Positions 1 to 11,212 of a stretch of DNA of 64,000 nt are shown piece after piece; the stretch's first letter is position 1; every line of letters starts with the position of its first letter. Under the pieces are notes generated by a model. That model was not told the origin of the DNA. It saw only the letters and a program-made list of their open reading frames with translations, and did not search any database. This DNA is from the human T2T-CHM13v2.0 reference genome, Homo sapiens, in NCBI RefSeq assembly GCF_009914755.1, contig NC_060928.1; one strand, written 5' to 3'. Made by a program: the position numbers and the translations under genes.

Positions 1-99
1 CTTACTTGAACAGTGAGTTGTCTCTGTAGCTCCATTTTGTAAGTAGCCAAATTTTAGTAGCATCATGTGGTTCTCACATGTTTGAGTTAAAAAATTATT

Positions 100-493
100 T
101 TTATAAAAACAAAAATAGACAAATAAGATTTAGTTTAACTAAAAAGCTTCTGCACAGCAAAAGAAGCAGTCAACAGAGTAAACAGACAACCTACAGAATG
201 GGAGAAAATATTAGCAGACTAGGCATCTGACAAACGACTAATAATTGGAATCTACAAGAAACTCAAACAACTCAATAAGAAATAAACAACTCTATGAAGA
301 AGTAGACAAAGGAATCAACAGACATTTTTCAACAGAAGACACACAAATGGCCAAAAAACATATGAAAAAATGCTCAACATTACTAATCATCAGAGAAATA
401 TAAATTAAAACCACAAAGCAAATGGAAAGCAAAATTGTGGAATCAACCTAAGTGTCCAATGTCCATCAATGGTTGATTGGATAAAGAAAATGT

Positions 494-530
<37 letters not shown>

Positions 531-918
531 AGATATATATATTATACATTATATATAATATATATAATATACACACATGTACACCATGGAATACTACTCA
601 GCCATAAAAAAGAATGAAACTGGAGGCCATTATCCTAAGTGAAATGACTCAGAAACACAAAGTCAAATGCTACATGTTCTCACTTATAAGTGGGAGCTAA
701 ACAATCTGTACACATGGACATAGTGAATGGAATAATATACAATGGAGACTCCAAAAGGTGGGAGGATGGGAGGGGGGATGAAAAATTACCTATCGGGTAC
801 AATGTATGCTATTTGGGTGATGGGTATACTAAAAGCCAAGACTGTACCACTACATAATATGTCCATATAATAAAACTACATTTGTATCCCCTAAATCTAT
901 AAAGTTTTTTAAAAAAGA
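100..918 (+). mobile_element. L1 3' fragment (L1PB-like, ORF2 end + 3' UTR) with internal deletion near 420
   Basis: L1 motifs aaaaagcttctgcacagcaaaag, acaacctacagaatgggagaaaat, catgttctcacttataagtgggagctaa; A-rich end ~911-918. Confidence 0.85.
496..575. repeat. (TG)n followed by TA-rich tract within L1
   Basis: Direct reading. Confidence 0.9.
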
Positions 919-1683
919 AGTGATTTTAAAAAATCAAACTTTTCCATTGGATTATCTATTGAGATTCTTTTCAATTATCTACAAATATTTTTCATTTTAG
1001 TTTTTAAAAATACTCTAAATAAAAGTTGAAATTTCTTACTATTCTAGGCCAGAGTTTAAAGCAACATGGGCCCTTTTGGTTTTATGAATATATTAGTTTA
1101 TTAGTTTTTATTTCTATTAGTAACCAATAAATATATAACAAAAAAATCATTAGGCTTTATCGACCTAGTGATAAAGAGAAAATTAGAGGTACATAGATAA
1201 TTTCCATCATAATTGATCATTTTTAGAAATTCTATAGCAGAACACTGAAAAGCATCCTACTTGTTAAGCAATTTATTCCATTTTTCTCATGGTATTGGGT
1301 ACACTAAAAATTGGTCATTAAAGGCATATTGAATATTCTTGTTTTCATGTACCTCTGTTCATTATATGAAGTTCAATTCAGGATTTGAAGTCTTTCCTTC
1401 ACACAATCCCACAAAAATGCATATGGTGAGTATAAATTGAAAAAAATAGGGTATTTCTCTAAATGCAAAAAGAAAAACATCTGTCTTTAAATTTTTTTAA
1501 ACCCTGCCTAAATTGACATGTGCTTTACATTAGTCCTGTATTATTCAAACTTTCATACTTATGTGTGCATTATGTATGCTCACACACACTTTAGTGATGG
1601 GGTTTGTGTATGTATAAGGTACCTGCAAATCCAAACTACTTCATTTGAAATTTGGGAAATTTTTCCTAAAATAACTTCCACAA

Positions 1684-1790
1684 ATATATGTGTGTATGTA
1701 GGTATATATGTATATTTTATATGTAAATATTTATATATGCATATTATATATAATATATGTATTCTACAAATGTATTATATATCTATAAAA
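1684..1790. repeat. AT-rich (TA)n-like low complexity
   Basis: Direct reading. Confidence 0.7.
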
Positions 1791-4700
1791 TAGTACCATG
1801 GAATGCTTTAAATATATTGTAATTGGTTTTCAGAGTTGGGGTGTGTGAGTTGTTCTATATTTTAAGGATAGTGTCCTTTTTAGGAAAACATTTAAGTGTG
1901 ATCTTTTAGATAGATGTGCCTTCCTGAAGAAGGAAAGACTAATTTAAAAAAAAGAAAGAAAGGAAAGAAATTATCTCCTGGTCTGGTTTACTTTTTGCAA
2001 CAGCTGTTAAAATTCGGACAGTGACAGAGAAATATCTGTAGCAGCTCTACAGATGTTTACAAAAGAAAAATATCTCCTTTACCTGCCTTGGTGAGCATCT
2101 TATCAGCAAGCACATTAACTCAAACAATAGCTACTCTTATCTGCAGAGGACAGGTTCAGGCTCATTAGTGAAGTGAACTGGCAGCCACTCCCCTCTACAT
2201 AGCAACTGGAGCAAATATTGTTCCAGCCCGCCAAGTGACCAATGAGAACTGAGATAGTGCCGTGGAATCTTTTCAATACGAGTAGTGTTAGTGTGAACAA
2301 CCTCTCTTTGACTCTCATTCGCCTTCTCATTTAATCCTACCATTTCAAGAGAATGATCTCATCTACAGACTGTAAATACTTGGGGACTTTTATGAAGGGA
2401 AAATATTACAAAGGGCTGAAGTTTGCTTCAAGAACAACTTAGGTAGGCACTTCAGTTTAATTACTAGCAACTTGCATATGTTGTGGTATTTCAAAAGGGC
2501 TGTAGTGTTAGTACACTCATTATGGAAATTTCTAAATGTCAGTGTATGAATCAGTAACGGTGATGATTTTTATTATTCTAAAAAGATCTCTAAGATAACT
2601 AAAATTAAGCAGGCTGCACGTTCTCTAATCATGTAATGAATGAATCAGGATTCTTGTCTGAGATGCAGGCCAAATGTGCTCTGGAACTGGTTAGTGCGGC
2701 ATATGGTGAATCTACATCAGACTTGACCCCCGCAGGTTTGTAACTGAAACTTTGTATAAATTGACCACACCCTTCATTAACTCTTCTGCTGCCTAGAAAA
2801 TAATAAAAATTGTGAAGTGGGACTGATGGCTTTTGAAAAATACAATCAGGGGCTTGTGTCTCTTTGCAATTCTAGAAGAAACGTCACAGGATTTTAATTC
2901 CTGCCAAGCAATATTGACCACGTTTCCTGTCTCTTCCCTTCTTGTGCTTTTTGCCTTGCTTTATGATGCTGGCAAGTATGGAAGCCTTTATCTACCGTGT
3001 AAATGTATATCGTTGCAATTCAACAGGGAACCGGGCTTCAAATTACAGCCTCCGAATGCAATAACCTTGGTTATTTACCGAGTACAAAGTAAACAACTTA
3101 CTTTACTGTCAAAAGTTTTACTGCAATATGTTGCGGGGCTTACTACTAGAACAACCATTCAATAATTGTCTGTCTACTTAACGGGCGGATTTTATTTCAA
3201 ACCAAATAGATACTGTCTTTGTAAATGCTGAAATGTTTGGTTTTTGTTTTTAGCCCAGAAGAAAATTCCCATAAATACAAACCCATTTTGGCCACCTAAG
3301 AATTTTGTCCTAGAAGTGTCATGCTTTCTTTCCCTTACGGGTTTTAAAACTTGGCCACATGGTATTTTTAAGTTGGCAAAGTAATACCTTTTAGACACGC
3401 CTTCAGGATTTTGCTTAATTGAGTACAGCAGGTTAACAAAAGTGCCAATGTTCCTTTAAAACAAAAACCAAAATGCTCTGTGGACTTAAAGCTAATGCTA
3501 AATATTAGATTAAATTGCCAATTGCACTTTTCCATGTTTATCTTCTGAGATAGGAATAAAATTAAAATGTGTTACCATAGAAGCATCTGTAACATTTTAT
3601 GAGACAAAAGATCCTTTTTTCCACACAAAGATCCAAGCCAAAAGCATTATCCATTAAGGAAAGCAATAAGGCTAGAGGGACATTTTTTTATAGTCATATT
3701 ATGGAAATACTAAAGATCCAATGTCCTGAAGTCAAATTGGGAAACACAGCTGTTCACATTCATTTTTGTCCTGGATTGACACTCTTGGTTAATTCCTGAA
3801 TATTGATCAGTTCTTATCCTCCAACATCCCTAAAACTGGAAAAGTTTTCTCCTATCCACATTTATTCTCAAATCACATTTTAGGGAATAACAAAGAGGTG
3901 AATATAAATCTATGCCTTGTGAAGCATTTATTTAGGCTCTATGCCTGACTTGGTTTTGTAATCTTGATTTTTATTCTCTGGAGCTTATTTCTTTGGCTCT
4001 CTTCTTTGAAAATAATGGCAGGGTTCTCATCTAAAGAAAAAACATAGAGAGCTTTTAAAACCTTGCAGTCCATGAATTTTCTTTGCATTTCATCCTAACC
4101 ACCGTTGCCTTCTTTACCATTCAGTTCTCCTTTCTCCCAGAAGCTTTCCAGAGTTTCTTCCCTCTGTTCCTTCTGCTTCATTTATTCTGCACCACATGCT
4201 CTAAAACTTACCAGTTCATTCATCTATTTACTCTATGTGTGATTCTGTGAACTGTAAGTAGAAGATTCTAGCTGGATCCATTTTAAAACTAAGATAACTT
4301 TTTTCCCCTAAACGTAAGCACTATGTCCAAGTTATCAATCAAATTTATCTGCTTTGATAGTTGACTCATTACACACCTGAAACTGGAAAAGTTTTCTTCC
4401 ATTCACAATTCTTAGGTTAGCTTAATATTTACGTAACTTATCAACCATTCAATTAGAAGTTTTTAAGTATATCTAAGGAAAAAATTTTAATTGCAATCCC
4501 TGACTTCATTTAAATTCCAGTTGACTCCCAAAATGTGTTACTTTTCACAGATCGAGAATTTGTAAAACTATAGAAGTCAAGCCACTCAGTTCTCTGTATT
4601 CTCCTTGTCTGTTGACAATTTTTAGCATTCTTTAGAAATCTGGTTTTATCGGCAGAATGCAAGATTCTTGAAGGTAAATTTCATGCTATGAACATCAGCC

Positions 4701-4902
4701 TTCCACAACTGCTTATTGAGTAGACTACTAAACCAAAGAATCTTAAAGCTTTCTCTGTAGATTTTAAACCTGAAGAGAAGTTAATGTTCTGAATAATTCT
4801 ATTGCCTCGAGACTACTGTAGATGACTGAGTTACAGCATTTTTGTTTATAAGAATTATCAGTGCCAGGCCTGACTGAGTTACAGCATTTTTTATCAGTGC
4901 CA

Positions 4903-4964
4903 GGCCGGGCATGGTGGTTCACACCTGTAATCCCAGCACTTTGGGAGGCCGAGGCGGATGAATC
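4903..4964 (+). mobile_element. Alu 5' fragment (first ~60 nt only)
   Basis: ggccgggcatggtggttcacacctgtaatcccagcactttgggaggccgaggcggatgaatc then unique sequence. Confidence 0.9.
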
Positions 4965-5199
4965 TATTGTAGTATGGTGGCTGGTCAATAGGCTTGGCCC
5001 TTATAATACCTGAAGCACTAGAAGCTTAAAGCCTGAGAAGAAAGGCCTTGCTTAGTAAGAAATCGACTTCCTGTCCCTCCTGATACAGTACTCAGTGCAG
5101 TGGACACAGCTTTTTCTTCTTGGCAGTGAAACCTCCCTCTGCACTTGTCACCTTAAGCACTGCCTCATCACCACCATTATAGCCGTCAGTTTGTGGTAT

Positions 5200-5410
5200 C
5201 ATTTTTCAGCACTCAGTGTGGTCCAGGTACTCTATAAATATACCACATCCATGATCTGATTTAATCTTCACAATAATCCCATGATATAGATATATTTGCC
5301 AGATACGGAAACTAAGGCTCAAACAGAACAGTTATCCAAAATGGTTATGTAGGAAAACTGGGGTACAAACTCAGGTCATTCTCCCTCCAAGGGCCAAGAT
5401 TCTAACTGCT
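5200..5410 (-). mobile_element. MIR
   Basis: tttaatcttcacaataatccc...agatacggaaactaaggctc matches MIR core reverse complement. Confidence 0.65.
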
Positions 5411-5499
5411 TTTTCACAGCGGTAGAAAAATATTAAGGGGAACCTCCACCTTTTGATTTGCTCTGGGTTAGTAAACCCTTTCACTAGGTGTGGACGTTT

Positions 5500-6457
5500 A
5501 ATAGGCCTCTCAAACTCAACGTGTCCAAACCGAACACTTGATTTGATATCCCCCTTCCCAATCTGTTCCTCATATAGTCTCAGAAAATGGCACCACCATC
5601 TAGCCACTTGCTTAAAGCCAAAGCCTGAGAGTCATACTCTGTTCCTTCACAGCTTACTTCATCAGCAGGTCCCATTGGCAAAACCTCCAAATCTGAACAC
5701 GCTTCTTGCCACCCACACTGCTCAGCCCTGGTCCAAGCCATCCTTCCACGGACATCAGCAGCTACCTCCTAAATAGTATACCTTCTTTTGTGCTCCATAT
5801 AATGGTCAGAGTGTTCTTTTTAAATTGTAAATCTGATCCAGACATCAGCCTGCCAACAACCCACCAGCACAGGTGGTTGTCAGCAGGCTGATGTCTGGAG
5901 CAGATTTTTTTTTTATTAATTTAGAACAAAATCTTCTGTTCTTAATATAATCTACAAGTAAGGCCCAGCCAGCATGTTCTAGAGTCTGTCCACCTCTCCA
6001 CCCTCATCTACCATCTTCTCCCCAACTCACGCCTACAGCTGTGTTCTGAGTAAGCTTTCTTTCCATTTCTCAAGATTTCCAAGCACAGGAAGTCTCAGGG
6101 CCTGTGCATTTCCAGTTCCTTCTGCCTGGAGTGCTCTTTTTCCTAGATCTTCTCATGATGACAGGTCTCAGCTCAAAAGTCACCATCTCAGGAAGCCCTG
6201 CTCTGAACACTCCCGCCAAAGGATCCCTCCCTTACCCCATTTCTTTCTACCCCATTGCCTTTTTTTTTGTTAATTGTGTAGCATTTACCACTCTCTGCAG
6301 TCATTTGTTTATTTACCTGCTTATGTGTTGAACTATCTCTCTCCTTTCACTAGGTCTTTAGTTCCTTATCAGCTGAGTTTGTCTGTCTTTCCCAATTCTA
6401 TACCCCCAGTGTCCAAAACACCTTGACATATGGTTTGAATGAATGAGTGAATGAATG
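5500..6457 (+). mobile_element. L2 3' portion
   Basis: ctcaaactcaacgtgtccaaaccgaac, cagggcctgtgcatt...ttctgcctgga, terminal tgaatgaatgagtgaatgaatg. Confidence 0.75.
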
Positions 6458-7439
6458 GCTAAGAAGATTGATGGTCATGTAAGGAAACATATCCCAAATA
6501 CCCTTCTGGTTTTTATTGGTGGGGGACAATAAATCAGTAACTACAATTTAGAGAGATGATTGCTATGACTGAAAGGTATGAAGAGTTCTAAAAGAACGTG
6601 GGAAGTTGGGAAGGAACCATCTCAGGCTGAGAGGGTTAGAAAAGGATCCCTGGAGAAAATCATGCTTCTAGGAGGCCCTCTTTCCTATGGTCTGTTCATA
6701 AAGCATAAAGGTACCCTTCCCAATTATACGAAGCTGCATACCATTATTGGTGTGGAAAAACAGTAACCCTGGTATTGTATTTATAAATGCTTGAGACTAC
6801 TAACATAATCTTGATCACTATGTTCATTTATCCTTGGAATACAACCTTTTACGTTTGAATCTTAATTAAAGAGAAAACAACTTCTGGGAAGCAGCTTTTT
6901 TTTTTTTGCAAGGTTTATCCTCAGCTTGCCAGGATAGCTACATTTTTGGATGATCTGTGCCACGTCTTGCTTTCAGACTCTTATTGGTATTGTCGTGGTG
7001 CTTAATTAAGCATAATACTAGCATAAACAGTATAGTCATGGAATGCTGGAGATAATAAAAAGGGCATGTTGAGAAGCATCAGACACTTATTGCATAGTTA
7101 AAAACATGACTTTCAGAAACCTCCCAAAGTCAGAGAATGTTTAGAAACTTATTTTGGATATCCTGAGTCACTTCTTACTTTCAGTGGGTACAATGGGATC
7201 AATCACTGATTATAAATTATTGTGCTTTACAAGATGCTTACCACAAAAAACCCCCAAAGAAACAAAAAATTAAGAAAGAAAGAAAGAAAATGCTCACACA
7301 GATGTCCCTTCTAGCTTTTGCCACTATTTAGCCTCTTGGTTAAAATGTTCCAGTAGCTTCTTACTTGTCTTCTTTTCTTGTTATTCTCATCTTCAAACCA
7401 CTGTCAGGCCAGTTATAATAAATGATCATTTTATGCCTC

Positions 7440-7610
7440 CATTATGCAAGGCAGCATATTGCAGTGAAATTATTTATTTGTTATGTCTGTCTCCCTAATA
7501 GACTGTATGTTCCTTGAGGAAAATAACTGCTATTCTATCTTTGAATTTTTAGTATCCAATATCGTCTAACCTGTGGTAGATGCTCAATAACAAGTTTGGG
7601 GAATGAATCA
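7440..7610 (+). mobile_element. L2 3' end fragment
   Basis: gtctgtctccctaatagactgtatgttccttgagg...tagatgctcaataa...gaatgaat. Confidence 0.6.
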
Positions 7611-8080
7611 TTCCCCAAAGCCTTCATTTTATTGTCTCTCCCATTTATAAGAGTGGAGAAAAGAAATATCAAGTACCAACTCTTTTGCCCTGAATGAGTT
7701 GGAAGTTGGCAGCACTTCAAAGTAGAACTTATTAGCTACTATAGAGAACTCATAATATGATGGCTTTGTCACAGAGGCTCTAAAGAGTCAGAAAAACAAA
7801 ACAAAAGCTAGAGTAAGAGATTAAAGCTAGAAGAGATTCCTGAGGCTTAGAATGTATTTATCACTCTCTGACTCACTTAAAAATGAGAGATCAACATTCA
7901 CCAGCATATTATGTCCTGTCTTTTCCCAATTGTTCTATCTGCTATTATTTTAATATCCGGGATTAAAAGCTTAGTTAGCCTTTGAGATGCTAGTTAATGC
8001 TTCTTAATCACCATGACTGCAAATCAGGTGTCTGCCACCAGCTGAATCCCTTTGCCTTGCATGAATCTGATTCGCTACAG

Positions 8081-8980
8081 CAATAGTTCTCTCACTTTAG
8101 TATGCATCAGAATCACCTGGAGGGCTTATAAAACCGTAGATAACTTGAGCTCCACCCCACTTGGATTAGTCCGTTTTCACACTGCTATAAAGAAATACCT
8201 GAGACTTGGTAATTTATAAAGGAAAGAGGTTTAATTGACTCACAGTTCTGCATGGCTGGGAGGACTCAGGAAACTTACAATCATGGTGGAGGGGAAGCAG
8301 GCACATCTTACATGGCAGCAGGTGAGAGAGTGTATGTAGGAGGATCTGTCAAACACTTATAAAACCATCAGATCTCATGAGAACTCAGTATCACGAGAAC
8401 AGCATGGGGGAAACCGCCCCCATGATCCAATCATCTCCCTCCCTCAACATGTGGGGATTATAATTTGAGATGAGATTTGGGTGGGGACACAGAGCCAAAC
8501 CATATCACCACTCTAACCCCAGATTTTTTATTGGTGAGGTCTGACTTGGGGATGAAGAATTGGCATTTCTAACAAGTCTCTCGGAGCTGCCGTTGCTGGT
8601 CTTGAAACCACAACTTTCAGAACTCCTGGTCTACAATGCTTCTCTCAGTTTCATGCACCTATGAATCACCTGGAAATCTTGTGAAAATGCAAATTCTACT
8701 TTAGTACATCTGAGCTGGGGCTTGAGATTCTGCATTCTAAGAAGTTTCCAAGTTATGCCACTGCTATTGGCCTGGGGACCACTGTTGAAAAGTTCTCTCC
8801 TCTGGCTGCATGTTAGAATCATCCAAAATCTTAAAATATCTTGCTGCCCAGACCCTGCCACAAAATTCCGTTTCAATTAACCTTCAGGGAAGTAGGGGCA
8901 GAAATCTATATTTTTAATGAGGAGCTCCAGGTATTTCTATTACAGGTAATCCATAGTCCACAATTGGAGGAAAACTGGTC
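8081..8980. mobile_element. Cluster of about three MER5-type (hAT-Charlie) elements, the first split by a MaLR LTR
   Basis: Repeated tgcatcagaatcacctgg / gcatttctaacaag / ccacactttgagaa-like motifs at ~8081, ~8635 and ~8790. Confidence 0.7.
8162..8507 (-). mobile_element. MaLR solo LTR (THE1D/MSTA-like)
   Basis: tggattagtccgttttcacactgctataaag...gagccaaaccatatca; 5-bp TSD ccact at 8157-8161 and 8508-8512. Confidence 0.9.
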
Positions 8981-9188
8981 TAGAAAGGATAAAATCATCT
9001 ATGGAATTTTCATATAAATATAATTGTCTAAAACATATGTGAGTTATTAAAGAATATATTTTTTAAAGTATCATTGCATTTAATTGTTCCTAAGATGCAC
9101 TTTTTAATATTTCAATATCTCTAAAATTGGAACACTTCATAATCTGTGGTGCTTACAATTATTTAATATAATTGGCAGCATTTTCTTT

Positions 9189-9908
9189 TTTTTTCTTTTT
9201 TTATTATTATACTTTGAGTTTTAGGGAACATGTGCACAACGTGCAGTTTAGTTACATATGTACATGTGCCATGTTGGTGTGCTGCACCCAGTAACTCGTC
9301 ATTTAACATTAGGTATATCTCCAAATGCTATCCGTCCCCCCTCCCCCAACCCCACAACAGGCCCTGGTGTGTGATGTTCCCCTCCCTGTGTCCATGTGTT
9401 CTCATTGTTCAATTCCTACCTATGAGTGAGAACATGCGGTGTTGTGGTTTTTTGTCCTTGCGATAGTTTGCTGAGAATGATGGTTTCCAGCTTCATCCAT
9501 GTCCCTACAAAGGACATGAACTCATCATTTTTATGGCTGCATAGTATTCCATGGTGTATATGTGCCACATTTTCTTAATCCAGTCTATCATTGTTGGACA
9601 TTTGGGTTGGTTCCAAGTCTTTGCTATTGTGAATAGTGCCGCAATAAACATACGTGTGCATGTGTCTTTATAGAGCATGATTTATAATCCTTTGGGTATA
9701 TACCCAGTAATGGGATTGCTGGGTCAGATGGTATTTCTAGTTCTAGATCCCTGAGGAATTGCCACACTGACTTCCACAATGGTTGAACTAGTTTACAGTC
9801 CTACCAACAGTGTAAAAGCAAAACCACAATGAGATACCATCTCACACCAGTTAGAATGGCGATCATTAAAAAGTCAGGAAAAAACAGGTGCTGGAGAGGA
9901 TGTGGAGA
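9189..9908 (-). mobile_element. 5'-truncated, 5'-inverted L1PA (young primate L1)
   Basis: T-rich tail and 3' UTR on minus to ~9818, inverted piece ~9820-9911 on plus; TSD aattggcagcattttcttt at 9170-9188 and 9909-9927. Confidence 0.92.
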
Positions 9909-9954
9909 AATTGGCAGCATTTTCTTTCTCTGTGATACATAAAATGATTAGTAG

Positions 9955-10367
9955 TGATAAATGAAAAACTTCAACCGAATTAAATTTAAAAGAGTTTAAT
10001 TGAGCAATGAACAATTCATGAATCCGGCAGGCTCGAAGACTCCAGCACAGCCATAAGGTGGAAGAAGATTTATGAACAGAAAAAGGAAAATGATGTACAG
10101 AAAATGGAAGTGAGGTACAGAAACAGCTGAATTGGTAACACGTTGATGTTTGCCTTATTTGAACACAGTTTGAATGCTCAGCAGTGTATGAGTGGTTGAA
10201 GTATGACTACAGGAATTGGCCAAGACTCAGCTATTGTTATAGACACATACACCTAAGTTAGGCTTTTCAGTCTTTTCTACCGACTAAGTTAGGTTATGGT
10301 TTGCCCACAAGGACTCAAATATGGAAATATAGAGTCCTTCTCAGGCCATATTTAGTTTGCTTTAACA
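9955..10367 (-). mobile_element. MER57-family (ERV1) solo LTR
   Basis: Minus strand starts tgttaaagcaaactaaatatggcctgagaaggactc; TG...CA ends; 4-bp TSD gtag at 9951-9954 and 10368-10371. Confidence 0.8.
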
Positions 10368-10577
10368 GTAGATAAACTATGAGTATTCTTATTTCTATTA
10401 AATACAGTATATCAATTTTTAAAGATCTGAAAAAAATGCATGACATTCACAGGATTGTAACATTTGTTAGCACCCATTTAATTCAGGTTTTTCTTACATA
10501 GGAAGGATTTAAAATATATCAAAAGTATTTGCAATTTTTATTCTCTAAGAGATTGTTTGTTATGCTGGGGCAGGAGT

Positions 10578-10761
10578 CAAGAGTAGAGAGGCAATTTGGA
10601 AACTGAAAGAAAGGCTAAATTGACCATTACTCAAAAGAGGCCACCAGTTCCAGGGACTCTTGGAGGACCCAAGAGTAGAGAGGCAATTTGGAAACTGAAA
10701 GAAAGGCTAAATTGACCATTACGCAAAAGAGGCCACCAGTTCCAGGGACTTTTGGAGGACC
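10578..10761. repeat. 92-bp tandem duplication, 2 copies, 2 mismatches
   Basis: caagagtagagaggcaatttggaaactgaaag...tggaggacc starting at 10578 and 10670. Confidence 0.95.
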
Positions 10762-11212
10762 TTGGCCAAAGAAAGAAGAAGGGGAATGAAAGGACAAACC
10801 CAGCATGCAGCAATGGGCAGCAGAAGAGGAAAAGAAAACAGCTGAACAGCTGCCTGGAAAGTGGAACTTCGATAAGAGAGGACACATGAATGGGGGCGGG
10901 GCGGGGGGAACGTTGTGAATCTCTCATCACTTCCTGGAGAAAATGTTACAAAGACCCATACTACTTTTCAATGTTCTTTCAATTTAATGTGTGCTTCCTT
11001 TGGATGCAGGATATACTGAGGCAAAGTAGCCTAGAATATTCACAAACAACTTGTTAATTTGAAATCTGATAATAAATAACATTGGTTTGTTCTACATTAT
11101 CTTCTAGGGTCAGCAATTTCCCTGGACATACACCTTCCATTAAGTTACGATTTAAAAAACATCTAATTGTGAATCAAATAGCCCTTACAAAAGCATTTCC
11201 AAAATTTGTGTT

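Larger units (their letters stand above)
9074..10407. mobile_element. MER104 (TcMar-Tc2) split by an L1PA and a MER57 LTR
   Basis: Pieces 9074-9188, ~9928-9954 and 10372-10407 join into a MER104-like sequence (cctaagatgcac...aattggcagcatttt...tacataaaat...aaatacag, then ta). Confidence 0.6.

Noticed and set aside
641-651. AICE-like GAAATGACTCA
   Set aside because: A single motif, apparently one substitution from ordinary L1 sequence, with no supporting context
10578-10761. Direct repeats as a CRISPR-like array
   Set aside because: Two adjacent copies with no spacer, in eukaryotic DNA with no cas genes
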